From assembly GCF_963921235.1 (NCBI RefSeq), contig NC_086107.1, forward strand, positions 109,990,001 to 110,054,000: DNA of 64,000 nucleotides. The letters are read 5' to 3'. The stretch comes from Mobula hypostoma. Its lineage: Eukaryota. This document shows, in pieces, positions 51,015 through 63,078 of this stretch. The notes beneath the pieces were generated by a model. It ran no database searches. It worked only from the letters and a program-made list of their open reading frames with translations, and was not told where the DNA came from. How positions within the stretch are numbered: the stretch's first letter is position 1; every line of letters starts with the position of its first letter. The translations under genes and the position numbers were made by a program.

Positions 51015-52085
51015 TAAAACATAGAACAGTACAGACTCTTCGGCCCACAATGTTGTGACGACCCTTTGATTTATTCTAAAATCAATCTTAATCCTTCTTG
51101 AAAAAAAGTCTCTGGCTGTCCGCTCTATATGCCTCTTATCATGTTGTACACGTCTATCAAGTCACCTCTCATCCTCCTTCCCTCCAAAGATAAAAGCCCT
51201 AGCTCACTCAACCTGTCCTCATAAGATTTACTTCCTAATCCAGGCAGCATCCTGGTAAATCTCCTCTGCACTCTCTCTGGCTTCCACATCTTCAGTGACC
51301 AGAGTGGAATGCAATACTCCCAAGTATAGTCTAACCAGAGTTTTTTAGGGGGGCAACATTACCTTGTGGCTCTTGAGGTCAGTCCACCGACTAGCAAAGG
51401 GCCAAACACATAGAAACATAGAAAACCTACAGCACAATATAGGCCCTTCAGCCCATAAAGTTGTGCCGAACATGTCCCTACCTTAGAAATTACTAGACTT
51501 CCCCATAGCCCTCTATTTTTCTAAATTCCACGCACCTATCCAAAAGTCTCTTAAAATACCCTATCGTCTCCGTTTCCACCACTGTTGCCAGCAGCCCATT
51601 CCACACACTGAGTAAAAAACTTAATGACATCTCCTCTGTATCTACGCCCCAGCACCTTAAACCTGTGTCCTCTTGTGGAAACACATCATAAGCTTTCTTA
51701 ACCACCCTATCAGCTTGTGCTGTAACTTTGAGGAATGTGCACCTCAAGATTCCTCTGAGGGATACAAAATTATAAGGGGTTTAGATAGGGTTTTTCCACT
51801 GAGGTAGGGTGGGACTGCAGGCTGAGGTCATGGGTTCAGGGTGAAAGCTGAGAAGTTTAAGGGTAGTATGAGGGGAAACTTCTTCACTCAGAGGGACGTA
51901 AGAGTGTGGAATGAGCTGCCAGCACAAATGATGCATGCAAGGTCAATTTCAACAGATAGGTACATGGATGGTAGGGGTATGGAGGGATATGGTCCTGGTG
52001 CAGGCAGACGGGAGCAGGCGGTTTAAATGTTTTCAGCATGGATTAGATGGGCCGAAGAGCCTGTTTTTCTCTATGACTCTATATC
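51015..52085. mobile_element. Cluster of CR1 3' fragments in both orientations
   Basis: ACATAGAA tail motifs and FFTQR.VRVWNELP translations. Confidence 0.7.
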
Positions 52086-52339
52086 TTTGATAGACAGGAG
52101 CAGGGTTGCTGTTGTGAAAGCATCTGTTTAATAAGTTAATGAAGCAGTTAGAGAGAGAGCAAATGAAGGGCATGTTAAAACTGCAAAATGCTGGTCAAAG
52201 CTGTATGAAATACCCAGCAGCTGAGACGCTGGAGAGAGAAAAACTGCACCAATATCACAGTCGGACTTGTAGCAAGACTGGGGGATTCTGATACGATCAA
52301 GGGAGTGAATTAGCTGAAGCTGTAGAATTCAGTAGGGAA

Positions 52340-53680
52340 TAACATGCACAGAATGCTGGAGGAACTCAGCGGGTCAAGCAGCATCTATGGGATGGGAAAT
52401 AAACAGTTGACGTTTTGGACCAAGACACTTTATCAGGACTGGAAAGGAAGAATTGAATTGACTTTATTACTTACATCCTTCACATACATGAGGAATAAAC
52501 ATCTTAACGTTACGTCTCTGTCTAAATGTGCAATGTGCAATTTATAGTAATTTGTAATAAATAGTATGTACAACAGGAATTAATCAGTCTGATGGCCTGG
52601 TGGAAGGAGCTGTCCTGGAGCCTGTTGGTCCTGGCTTTTATGCTGCGGTACCGTTTCCCGGATGGTAGCAGCTGGAACAGTTTGTGGTTGGGGTGACTCA
52701 GGTCCCCGATGATCCTTTGGGCCCGTTTTACACACCTGTCTTTGTAAATGTCGTGAATAGTGGGAAGTTCACAACTACAGATGCACTGGGCTGTCCACAC
52801 CACTCTCTGCAGTGTCCTGCGATTGAGGGAAGTACAGTTCCCATACCAGGCAGTGATGCAGCCAGTCAGGATGCTCTCAATTGTGCCCCTGTAGAAGGTC
52901 CAGAACGAGGGGTCACAGTTCGAGGATAAAGGAGAAGCCTTTTAGGACTGAGATTAGGAAAAACTTCTTCACACAGAGAGTGGTGAATCTGTGGAATTCT
53001 CTGCCACAGGAAACAGTTGAGGCCAGTTCATTGGCTATATTTAAGAGGGAGTTAGATATGGCCCTTGTGGCTAAAGGGATCAGGGGGTATGGAGGGAAGG
53101 CTGGTGCAGGGTTCTGAGTTGGATGATCAGCCATGATCATAATAAATGGTGGTGCAGGCTCAAAGGGCCGAATGGCCTACTCCTGCACCTATTTTCTATG
53201 TTTCTATGTCCTTAGGATTTGGGGGTCCATAAACTTTTTCAACCGTCTGAGGTGAAAGCAGTGTTGTTGTGCCTTTTGCACCACACAGCCAGTATGTACA
53301 GACCACATGAGATCCTCAGTGATGTTTATGCAGCGGAACTTAAAGCTGTTCACCCTCTCAACCCCAGATCCATTGATGTCAATAGGGGCTAGCCTGTCTC
53401 CATTCCTCCTGTAGTCCACAACCAGCTCCTTTGTTTTTGCGACAAAGTGAGAGGTTGTTTTTCTTGACACCACTGTCTCAGGCTGATGAAGCCAGAATAA
53501 AAAGGGGGAGGGGGAAGAGGAAAGAGTACAAACTGGCAGGTGAGGGAGGGGACCGGTGGAACAGGGAAAGGGCTGAAGAAGAAACCTAATAGGAGAGGAC
53601 AGTGGTCCATGGAAGAAAGGGAAGGAGAAGGGGAACCCAAAGAAGGCAGCTGAGGACACGAGAAGGGAAGAATTAGTATT
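52340..53680. mobile_element. Triple nest: PLE fragment containing a Rex/Babar LINE (-, about 52452-53480) containing a CR1 3' end (+, about 52902-53207)
   Basis: The PLE terminal motif resumes at about 53485. The Rex frame (KTKELVVDYRR...AQQ..FHLRRLKKF / HPNHKLFQLLPSGKRYRS) lies on both sides of a CR1 ending in CTATGTTTCTAT, with GTCC repeated at the junctions. Confidence 0.75.
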
Positions 53681-53721
53681 GAGTCCAGTAGACTAATTTG
53701 CCCAAACAATTGATGAAGTTA

Positions 53722-54680
53722 CACACACAAAATGCTGGAGGAACTTGGTGGGTCAGGCAGCGTCTATGAAAATTAATACACAGTGGATGTTTTGGGCCGA
53801 GACCCTTCGTCAGGACTGAAAAGGAAGAGGGAAGACGCCAGAATAAAAAGTTGGAAGGAGGACGGGCTACAAGGAGAAAGGTGAAGCCAGGTGGGTGGGA
53901 AAGGTAAAGGGCTGGAGGAAAAGATACCTGATAGGAGGGGAGAGTGGACCACAGGAGACTGGGAAAGTGGAGGGGACCAGGGGGAAGTGATAAGTTGGTG
54001 ATAAGAGCTGAAAGACCAGCGTGGGGAATAGAGGCAGAGGTGGGGGTCGGGTGCGAGGGAACGGAAAAACATTTACTGGAAGGAGAAATCAATATTCATG
54101 CCACCAGGTTGGAGGCTACTCAGACAGAATATGAGGTGTCGCTCCTCCACTCTGAGAGTGGCCTCATCTTGACACAGGAGGAGGCCATTGACTGACATGT
54201 CGGAACAGGAATTAAAACACTTGGCCACTGGGACGTTCCGCTTTCAGCAGATTAAGCGGAGGTGCTCGACGGTGTGGTACCCCAATTTACGACAGGCCTC
54301 ACCAGTGTAGAAGAGGCCGCATCGGGAGCACCGGACACAATAGACGACCCCGGCAGGTTCACGGGTGAAGTGTTGCCTCACCTGGAAGGAGAGTTTGGGG
54401 GCCCATAAGTGGAGGTGAGGGAGGAGTTGAGTGGGCAGATGTAACACTTGTAGGGGTAAGTGCCGTGAAGGAGATTAGTGGGGAGGGACGAATGGACAAA
54501 GAAATCGCGGAGGGAGCAATCCCTGTGGAAAGTGGAGGGAGGGATGGTAAGTAAAGATGTGTAGGATCCTTTTGGAGATGGCGGGAGTTGCAGAGGATGA
54601 TGTGTTGGACATGGAGATCATGGGGTGGTAGGTAAGGGCAAGAGGAACTCTATCGCTATGAAGGCGGCGGGAAGGTGGGC
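53722..54680 (-). mobile_element. Penelope-like element 3' fragment
   Basis: (-) FQVRQHFTREPAGVVYCVRCSRCGLFYTGE; terminal motif and degenerate hammerhead at about 53783-53818. Confidence 0.8.
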
Positions 54681-54954
54681 TGAGTTGATGAAGTTATATC
54701 CCTCAAGTTTACATTTGTAACAACGTAGAAGATCAGAGATTGGATTGGGACTGGAAGGAGAATTAAAGTGACGAGGATCTGGACATTCAGGGTCACTCCA
54801 GTGGACTGATTACAGCTACTCTGCAAAGGGGTCCCTCCATCTGAGTTTGGTTTCTCCAGTGTCAAGGAAACGACGTTGTGAGTACTGAATGTAATACAAT
54901 TGATTTGTTCTTTCACCCGGAAGGGATATTTAAGTCACTGGATGGCGGGAAGAA

Positions 54955-55385
54955 GTTGCAATCAACATCGGTAAGACCAAAGAACTGACTGTGGACTTCA
55001 GAAAGGGTAAGATGAGGGAGCACACAGAGAGGGTTCAGAACTGGAAAGAGTGAGCAACTTCAGGTTCCTGGGTGTCAGCATCTCTGAGGGTCTAACCTGG
55101 TCCCAACATTTCGATGCAGCTATGGAGAAGGCAAGACAGCGGCTATATTTCATTAGGAGCTTGAGGAGATTTGGTTTGTCACCTAAGACATGCAAATATA
55201 CCGTGGAGAACATTCTGACGGGCTGTATCACATTCTGGTATGGGCCGGGGGTGGGGTACTGCACAGAATGGAAAGAAGCTATAGGAAGTTTTAAAATCAG
55301 TCAGTTCCATCTTGGGTACTAGTCTCCGTAGTATCCAAGACATCTTCAAGGAACTGTGCCTCAGAAGGGCGACGGCCATTATTAA
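54955..55385 (+). mobile_element. Rex/Babar LINE fragment
   Basis: NFRFLGVSISEGLTWSQH...ARQRLYFIRSLRRFG. Confidence 0.7.
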
Positions 55386-56000
55386 GGACAGTGCTCACTG
55401 ATCAGGGTTTGATTCCCGCCATTGCCTGTAAGGAGTTTGTACATTCTGCCCATGCTCTGCTTTCCTCCAAAGACGTATGGGTTAGGATTAGTGAGTTGTG
55501 GGCATGCTATGTTGGCGCGGGTGGTGTGGCTGCCCAGCACAATCCTCGCTGATTTAATTGGACACAAACAATACATTAACTGTATATCTCTACGTACATG
55601 TGACAAATAAAGCTTCTCCCCTCTCCCCCACTCCTTCCGGCCCCCCCCCCCAAACCTTCTGCAAAATCCCCCCCGGCATCAATAAAGTATGACTATGACT
55701 ATCTGAGGTGGCTTGCTCCCAAGTTATCATGTTCACAGGAGCAGAGCAAGGTCGGTGAATTGATTTGTGATAAAATCCTGACATGATTAACATCCATGTT
55801 TATTTAGTGCAAGAAGCATCTTTGCAAAAGATTAAAGGTCGACCATCTGAATAACTTAGAATGTTGTGAACTCTCTTCTGTATTATTTATCTCCAACCAG
55901 TGACGAATGGTCATTGAAGATTCCACTGGAGTATGTTTGCCCTGAAGGATTTTACTGCTTCTTATGTCTAATGTGTTACCCTGGAATGTATAAGCCAGGG

Positions 56001-56845
56001 CACAAGAGATCCTGCAGACGCTGGAAATCCAGAGCAACACACACAAAATGCTGGAGGAACTCAGCAGGTCAGGCAGCATCTATGGATATGAATAAACAGT
56101 CCACATTTCGGGCTGGTTCCTGGAGAAGGCTCTGGGCTCAAAATGTCAAAGTTCAAAGTACATTTATCATCAAAGTACGTATACAAACTTGAGATTTGCC
56201 TCCTTACAGGCAGCCACAAAACAAAGAAACCGAAAGGACCCATTTTAAAAAAAAGACTGTGCAGAAAAAAAAACGAACCGTGCAAACAAGAAAGGCAAGC
56301 AAATCACATTCAGAACTGAAGTTCACGATAGAAAGTCTGTCGACAGACACAGAGCCACAGCCTCAGCTCAGTGCAGAGCAGAGTAAACGTCATGGAGCAG
56401 CGAGCTGAACTGGCCCATCCCTCACTCCAGCCCCGTCACCCTGACCTTCTCAATCTGGCCTGCTTAAATCATCGTCCGAACGTCCAGTTCTACTGCTTTG
56501 ATAACCTTTGGGGCCGGGATCCTGCTGACTCGATTTGTCCTGGCACTTAAATCATTCAATCCTGAGGTCGTTTCTCACTCTTGTCGACAGGCCTGTACCC
56601 TCTCCTCTGTCGCCTCACCTGGGTTCTGCCGCATTGAATCACCACCAAGTCCAAAGGGAAGTTACAGGCTATTGTTTGTGGTGATTGCTTACCAAAAAGA
56701 GTGTTATAGATAAACTATTTAGTAGTTCCCTTTGTTTTGTTTGCTGCTGATAAGTGGTCGCTGAGCTTCATCTTAAACCGGACTGTTTATTCATTTCTAT
56801 AGATGCTATCTGATCTGCTGAGTTCCGCCAGCACTTTGTGGGTAT
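56001..56845. mobile_element. Short fold-back PLE derivative split by a ~630 bp insertion
   Basis: Terminal motif at 56040-56110 and its inverse at 56781-56840. The insert (about 56148-56780) has an L2/Rex-type TTTGAACTTT tail on the minus strand. Confidence 0.6.
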
Positions 56846-59049
56846 TACCAGGAACTGGGATTCTCCTGTACTGACGACAGCCAGTAGATATTTATCAGGA
56901 GCACTGCATTGTCAGTGATGCCTCCCATCCATCTGACAATTTCTCTGACCCTCTACCATCAGGCAGGAGGTATCGTAGCATTAGGGCAAGAACTGTTAGG
57001 ATAGGAAATAGCTTTTTCCCCCAGGCCACACAATTACTGAACTCCCTGCCACCACTCAGGTCTCATTACGTATGAAGCGCCAGTAGTGTTATACTGTTTA
57101 CTTTTAAATTTGTATTGTGTATGCACCTTATTATTGGTTAATTTATTTGTGGTAACATTACTTTATGCACGTGAGTTATATGTACTGTGTTGTGCACCTT
57201 GGTCTGGAGGAGCATCTCGCTTGGTGGAATACATGTGTATGGTTGAATGATGAACTTGAACTTGGGAGGGTCAGAATAACTGGGCTTTATTTGTTTGCTT
57301 TCTTTCTTCTGAAAAAGTATCACAATTTGGGTCTCTGGAACAGAAACTCAGCAATATGGAGATCCCATTGAGCTGTGCATGGCCTCTAATCAATGTAAAT
57401 ACTCTCTCTCCACTATGCATGGATTATCAAGTGAAAAGGGTTGGGGAACTACAAGTCTGCACGAGGAAACAGAACCAGGGTCCCATTTCCTGACTGTCGT
57501 TCAGTGACCACGACCTGACATTTTGTACTCGCAGGTGTGAAGTGAATGGGATTGAGCCCAGTGTAAAAGTGAAGTAACTTTATTATCAAGGTACGTTTAT
57601 GTCACTATCTGCTACCCTGAGATTCATTTTCTTGCAAGTGCTTACTGTAGATACAAAGAAACACAGTAGAGTCGATGGAAAAACTACACACAAAGGTGGA
57701 CAAACAAGCAGTGTGCAAAAGATAATAAATTGCACAAATACAAAAAGCAGGACTATCTGTTTATTCCCATCTATTCATTCAGTGACGGCGGAGGGGGGGG
57801 GGGGTGCGTCCTGTGATGGACTGGGCTGTATCCACTACTTTTTCAGCGTCTCTAAGTCTCTTTCTTCTGTTGACCTTTGTTAATTACTGCGGCCCATTTG
57901 CTCTTTGGTACCCTTCTTCCGTTTGATTTCCTCACCATTGCCCAGAGAGAATTATGTTACCTGTTTAGAGGAATATTTAAAGTCATAGAATTATAGAGCA
58001 CTACAGCACAGAAAGGGGACCTTCGGCCCATTTAGATTCTGCCAAGTCCCATTGACTTGCACCTGGATCGTAGCCATGTAGTTGTCCAACCTTCTCTTAA
58101 ATGTTGCATTCAAGCTGACATCAACCACTTCTACTGGCAGCTCGTTCCACACTCTTGAGTTTCCCCCTTAAGTACAATACCTCACATTTCACCCTTAGTG
58201 TATCACCTCTGGTTCTACTCTCAGCCAACTTCAGTAGGAAAAAAGCCTGCTTGCATTTATCCCGTCCATACCCCTCATCATTTTATTTCCCTCCCCTCAT
58301 TCTTCTGCACTAGTTCTAACCTATTCCAAGCTTTCCCCATAACTCAAGTCCTAGCAACGTCCTAGTAAAACTTCTCTGTACTCTTTCAATCATATTGATA
58401 CCTTCCCTGCAGGTACATGTCAAGAACTGCGCACAACACTCCAGTTAGTTCAAGAATAATACAGCCCGGGGGGCAGTTGTATCCTCGTTCTCAGCCGACT
58501 GGATTGTTAGTTAGGTAAACGTTGTGAGTCAGCATGTATGGCAAGTAATTTGGCTCAGAAGAGGCTGATACCTTATTATTAGACTGGGGTAACTAGCTGA
58601 AGCCCAGGTCGTGGGACTCTCTGCCTGCCGCTCAAACATTGGAAGAGGTATCAGAAGGGAAATTGTGCTCAGAATATGTGAGAGTTGCAGATGTGCTGGT
58701 TACTGCTTTACAGGAACCACGTCCTAACACTCTGCGTCTAACTTCATCCACACACCACTGGCTTATTAATGTTCTCCATAATTGGTTCCATGTGATTCAT
58801 CTCTGTCACTCCCTCTGGCAATCAGTTCCACATTGCTGGCGCTCCCTAAGCAGAAAGAGTTCCTCCCGAATTTATTTACTGTATGTATTATTTATTTAGC
58901 GGTCAGCGCGAAGGAGGTCCTTCCAGCCATTCGAGCCACACTGCCACAGCGACCCCAACAGGCCCGATGCACCCTAACCTAATCACAGGACAATTTACAA
59001 TGACCAGTTAACCGACTGGACCTCTCATATAAGTATAATTGCAAAGTAA

Positions 59050-59650
59050 GCACGACAGCGCCTCTACTTCCTCGGGAGTCTTCGGATGTTCGGCATGTCA
59101 CCAAAAACCTTTGCAAACTTCTACAGATGTGTGGTGGAGAGTGTGCTGACTGGCTGCATTACCGCTGGTATGGGGAACACCAGTGCCTTTGAGCAGAAAA
59201 TCTTACAAAAGGTAGTGGATTCGGCCCAGTACATCACGGGTAAAACCCTCCCAACCACTGAGTACATCTAAATGAAATGTTGCCGTAGGAAAGCAGCATC
59301 CATTATCCCCACCACCCAGGCCATGCTGCTTTCTTGCTCCCGCCATCAGGTAGAAGGTACAGGTGCCTCAGGACTCACACCACCAGGTTCAAGAACAGTA
59401 ACTACCCCTCAACCATCAGGCTCGTGAACAAAACAACTACACTCATTTAAGGACTCTTTTATCTTGTTATTTCATGCTCATTATTTATTGCTATTTATTT
59501 ATATCTGTATTTGCACAGTTTTTCATCCATTGATCCTGTTTACAGTTACTGTTCTACAGATTTGCTAAATATGCCTGCAGAAAAAGAATCTCAGGGCTAC
59601 ATGTGGTGACATGTATGTACTCTTGATAATTTTTTTTTTACTTTGACTTT
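59050..59650 (+). mobile_element. Rex/Babar LINE 3' fragment nested in a SINE (about 58890-59830, -)
   Basis: MSPKTFANFYRCVVESVLTGCIT; SINE halves on both sides. Confidence 0.75.
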
Positions 59651-60989
59651 ACTTACTAACTGTTACGTCTTTTGGACTCTGTGAGGAAACTGGAGGACTA
59701 GAGAAAACCCACACATTCCATGGGGAGGATATATAGAGAATCCTTACAGAACAGTGCTGGAGTTGAACTCTGAACCCTGGAACACCCTGATCTATAATAG
59801 TGTTGTGCTAATCACTACCCTACTGTGACCCTCAATTCTTTGTACTTTATACTTCTCCAATTAAATATGAGGTAGTCATTACTAAAAGCAGAATTCCCTG
59901 TTCATGATAATGACTATCTTATACTTAAGGACCATAGTTCTCCTCTCAACTGGAACTGCAAAATATTCTTTATAATTACAAGCAAACAATGTTTTTCTCC
60001 CCACTATAGAATAGCTCGGACCTGGGCTGAATGAGTTTAATCACCCTTTTCGCCCCATTTTATCAACGGGTAATGGTCACTTTCAACTGTTTGCCCTGCA
60101 CATTGTCTAGGCCAGAAAGGATTGGAAAGTGTTTGAAATGAAACAGAAGAACTCAGCGGGTCAGGCAGCATCTGTGGACACAGTATAACAGTTAACATTT
60201 TAGGAAAATAACTTCCAGCAGAACCTGAAATATTAACTGTGTTCTTTCCTAAGACAGAATGCCACTCGGCCATTGAGTCTACTCCGCCAGTCCATCATGG
60301 CTGATTTATTATCCCTCTGAAACCCATTTTCTTTCTCCCCATAATCTATGATGCCCCGACTAATCAAGAACCTATCAGCCTCCGTTTTAAATATACCCAA
60401 TGACTTGGCCTCCACAAATATTTCTTCAGATGCCAGCTGATCTGCCGAGTATTCACAACAGTTCAGAATCAGGTTTATTATCACCAGCATGTGACGTGAA
60501 ATTTGTTAACTTAGCAGCAGCAGTTCAATGCAATACATAATCTAGCACAGAGAGACAAAAAAAATAAAAATGAATAAAATAAAAATAATAATAAATAAAC
60601 AAGTGAATCAATTACAGTATACGTATATTGAATAGTTTTTTTTTAAAGTGCGAAAACAGATATACTATATATTAAAAAAGGTAAGGTAGTGCTCATAGAT
60701 TCAATGTCCATTTAGGAATCAGATGGCAGAGGGGAAGAAGCTGTTCCTGAATCGCTGAGTGTGTGCCTTCAGGCTTCTGTATCTCTTTCCTGATGGTAAC
60801 AGTGAGAAAAGGGCATGTCCTGAGTTTCAGTTTTTATTTCAGAATTCCAGCATCTGCAGCACTTTCAAAGGTACTCCCTGAAGAAATGTAAATTGAGCTC
60901 ACAGAATCTTTATTTAAAACTGTGACATTGAGATTTGGAAGACTATAATATGTGCTGAGGGGTAAAATTTTCACAGATCATACAGATCA

Positions 60990-61425
60990 CAGATCACACA
61001 AACCAATCTTCCGTCCTTGGACTCACTTTACACCGCACGCTGTCGGAGCAGTGCTGCCAAGATAATCAAGAACACGACCCACCCAGCCAACACACTTTTC
61101 GTCCCTCTTCCCTCTGGGAGAAGGCTCAGGAGCTTGAAGACTCGTACGACCAGATTTGGGAACAGCTTCTTTCCAACTGTGATAAGACTGCTGAACGGAT
61201 CCTGACCTGGATCTGGGCCGTACCCTCCAAATATCTGGACCTGCCTCTTGGTTTTTTTGCACTACCTTACTTTCCATTTTTCTATTTTCTATTTATGATT
61301 TATAATTTAAATTTTTAATATTTACTATCTATTTGTAATCCAGGGAGCGGGAAGTGCAGAATCAAATATCGCTGTGATGATTGTACGTTCTAGTATCAAT
61401 TGTTTGGCGACAATAAAGTACAAAG
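60990..61425 (+). mobile_element. Rex/Babar LINE 3' end
   Basis: THPANTLFVPLPSGRRLRSLKTRTTRFGNSFFPTVIRLLN and an AATAAAGTA tail. Confidence 0.7.
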
Positions 61426-61740
61426 TATTTATCCTGAGGTTAAAGTCATGTAGAATTGGAATGGTGAACTTGTTACATTCTTTCTGCTACCCAGTCTGCC
61501 AGGCCTTCCAGTACTTAGGGTGGCATAGTAGTTGTGCATTGCTAAAGCGCCACTGACCCTGGGGTCAATTCCTGCCACTGTCTGTAAGGAGCTGGTATGT
61601 TCTCACTGTGACTGCGTGGTTTTCCTCCAGGTGCTCTGGTTTCCTCCCATATTTCAAAGATGTAAGTTTTAGCAGGTGAATTGATCACATGGGTGGCGTG
61701 AGCTCGTTGGGCTGGAAGGGCCTGTGCTATATCTCTAAAT

Positions 61741-61806
61741 CAGGGGCTCCCAACTTGCTTAATGGTTTGGTCCATGGCATTTAAAAAAAAAAGGTGGGAG
61801 CCCCTG
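61741..61806. mobile_element. Tiny hAT-like MITE (related copies at about 2930-3010 and 40095-40160)
   Basis: CAGGGGCTCCCA...TGGGAGCCCCTG with imperfect 8-bp flanks CTCTAAAT/CCGTAAAT. Confidence 0.6.
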
Positions 61807-61897
61807 CCGTAAATAAATAAATAAAATTTCCAGCATGAAAAGATTTTTGGTTTGCTTTGGGAAAGTTTTAATCTTTCTCTCTGCCCTATTTCTCAAG

Positions 61898-62199
61898 GTT
61901 TCGACCCTGGTCACATCCCAGGCAGTGTCAATATCCCTTTCAGTGAATTCTTGGACCCAGAGACTCTAAGGATCAAGAGTGAGAAAGAGCTGCGGAACCT
62001 CTTTGAAGAGCGTGGTGTTGACCTGTCCAAACCGCTGGTGGGCACCTGTGGCTCAGGGGTCTCTGCCTGCCACGTCGCTCTTGCTGCCAGCCTGTGCGGG
62101 CAAGACAACGTGATGATCTACGATGGCGCCTGGGTGGAGTGGTTCAGAAGAGCTAGTCCGAGTTACATCATCTCGGTGAAAAGTGAGAAAACTGGGTAA
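61898..62199 (+). CDS. MPST: MPST last coding exon (catalytic C-terminal rhodanese domain)
   Basis: Polypyrimidine tract and AG at 61896-61897. The phase-1 join gives PRP-G-FDPGHIPGSVNIPF...GTCGSGVSACH...YDGAWVEW...TAA (580+302 nt = 293 aa plus stop). The loop CGSGVS (62047-62064) is MPST-type (CGSGVT), not TST-type (CRKGVT). Confidence 0.95.
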
Positions 62200-62293
62200 T
62201 CACCACTGAAGTCAATGGCTTGGGGTTGAAGCCACACACATCAAAGTTGCTGGTGAGCGCAGCAGGCCAGGCAGCAACTCTAGGAAGAGGTAC

Positions 62294-62329
62294 AGTCAAC
62301 GTTTCAGGCCGAGACCCTTCATCAGGACT
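62294..62329 (-). ncRNA. Minimal hammerhead ribozyme motif (antisense arm)
   Basis: The reverse complement reads AGTC-CTGATGA-AGGGTCTCGGCCT-GAAACGTT^GACT (GUU triplet). Confidence 0.7.
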
Positions 62330-63042
62330 AAGTGAAGGAAGAGCTAGTAAGAGATTTGAAAGTGGGAGAGGGAGGGGGAGATCCGAAATGATAGGAGAAG
62401 ACAGGAGGGGGAGGGATGGAGCCAAGAGCTGGACAGGTGACTGGCAAAAGGGATACAAGAGGATCATGGGACAAGAGGTCCGGGAAGAAAGACCAGGGGA
62501 AGAACCCAGAGGATGGGCAAGGGGTATATTCAGGGACAGAGGGAGAAAAAGGAGAGTGAGAGAAAGAATGTGTGTATAAAAATAAATAACAGATGGGGTA
62601 CGAGGGGGAGGTGGGGCATTAGCAGAAGTTAGAGAAGTCAATGTTCATGCCATCAGGTTGGAGGCTACCCAGACGGAGTATAAGGTGTTGTTCCTCCAAC
62701 CTGAGTGTGGCTTCATCTTTACAGTAGAGGAGGCCGTGGATAGACATGTCAGAATGGGAATGGGATGTGGAATTAAAGTGTGTGGCCACTGGGAGATCCT
62801 GCTTCCTCTGGCGGACAGAGCATAGGTGTTCAGCAAAGCGGTCTCCCAGTCTGCGTCGGGTCTCGCCAATATATAAAAGGCCACATCGGGAGCACCGGAC
62901 GCAGTATATCACCCCAGCCGACTCATAGGTGAAATCACCTGTCCAGCTCTTGGCTCCATCCCTCCCCCTCCTGTCTTCTATCATTTTGGATCTCCCCCTC
63001 CCCCTCCAACTTTCAAATGTCTTACTCACTCTTCCTTCAGTT

Positions 63043-63078
63043 AGTCCTGACGAAGGGTCTCGGCCTGAAACGTCGACT
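63043..63078 (+). ncRNA. Minimal type I hammerhead ribozyme motif, core intact
   Basis: AGTC-CTGACGA-AGGGTCTCGGCCT-GAA-ACGT-C^GACT: stem I AGTC/GACT, CUGANGA and GAAA cores, loopless palindromic stem III, GUC cleavage triplet. Confidence 0.8.

Noticed and set aside
50320..51017. Alternative-frame and antisense ORFs over the MPST exon
   Set aside because: Shadows of GC-rich coding sequence.
50381..62199. Call as TST (rhodanese)
   Set aside because: The active-site loop is CGSGVS, not CRKGVT.
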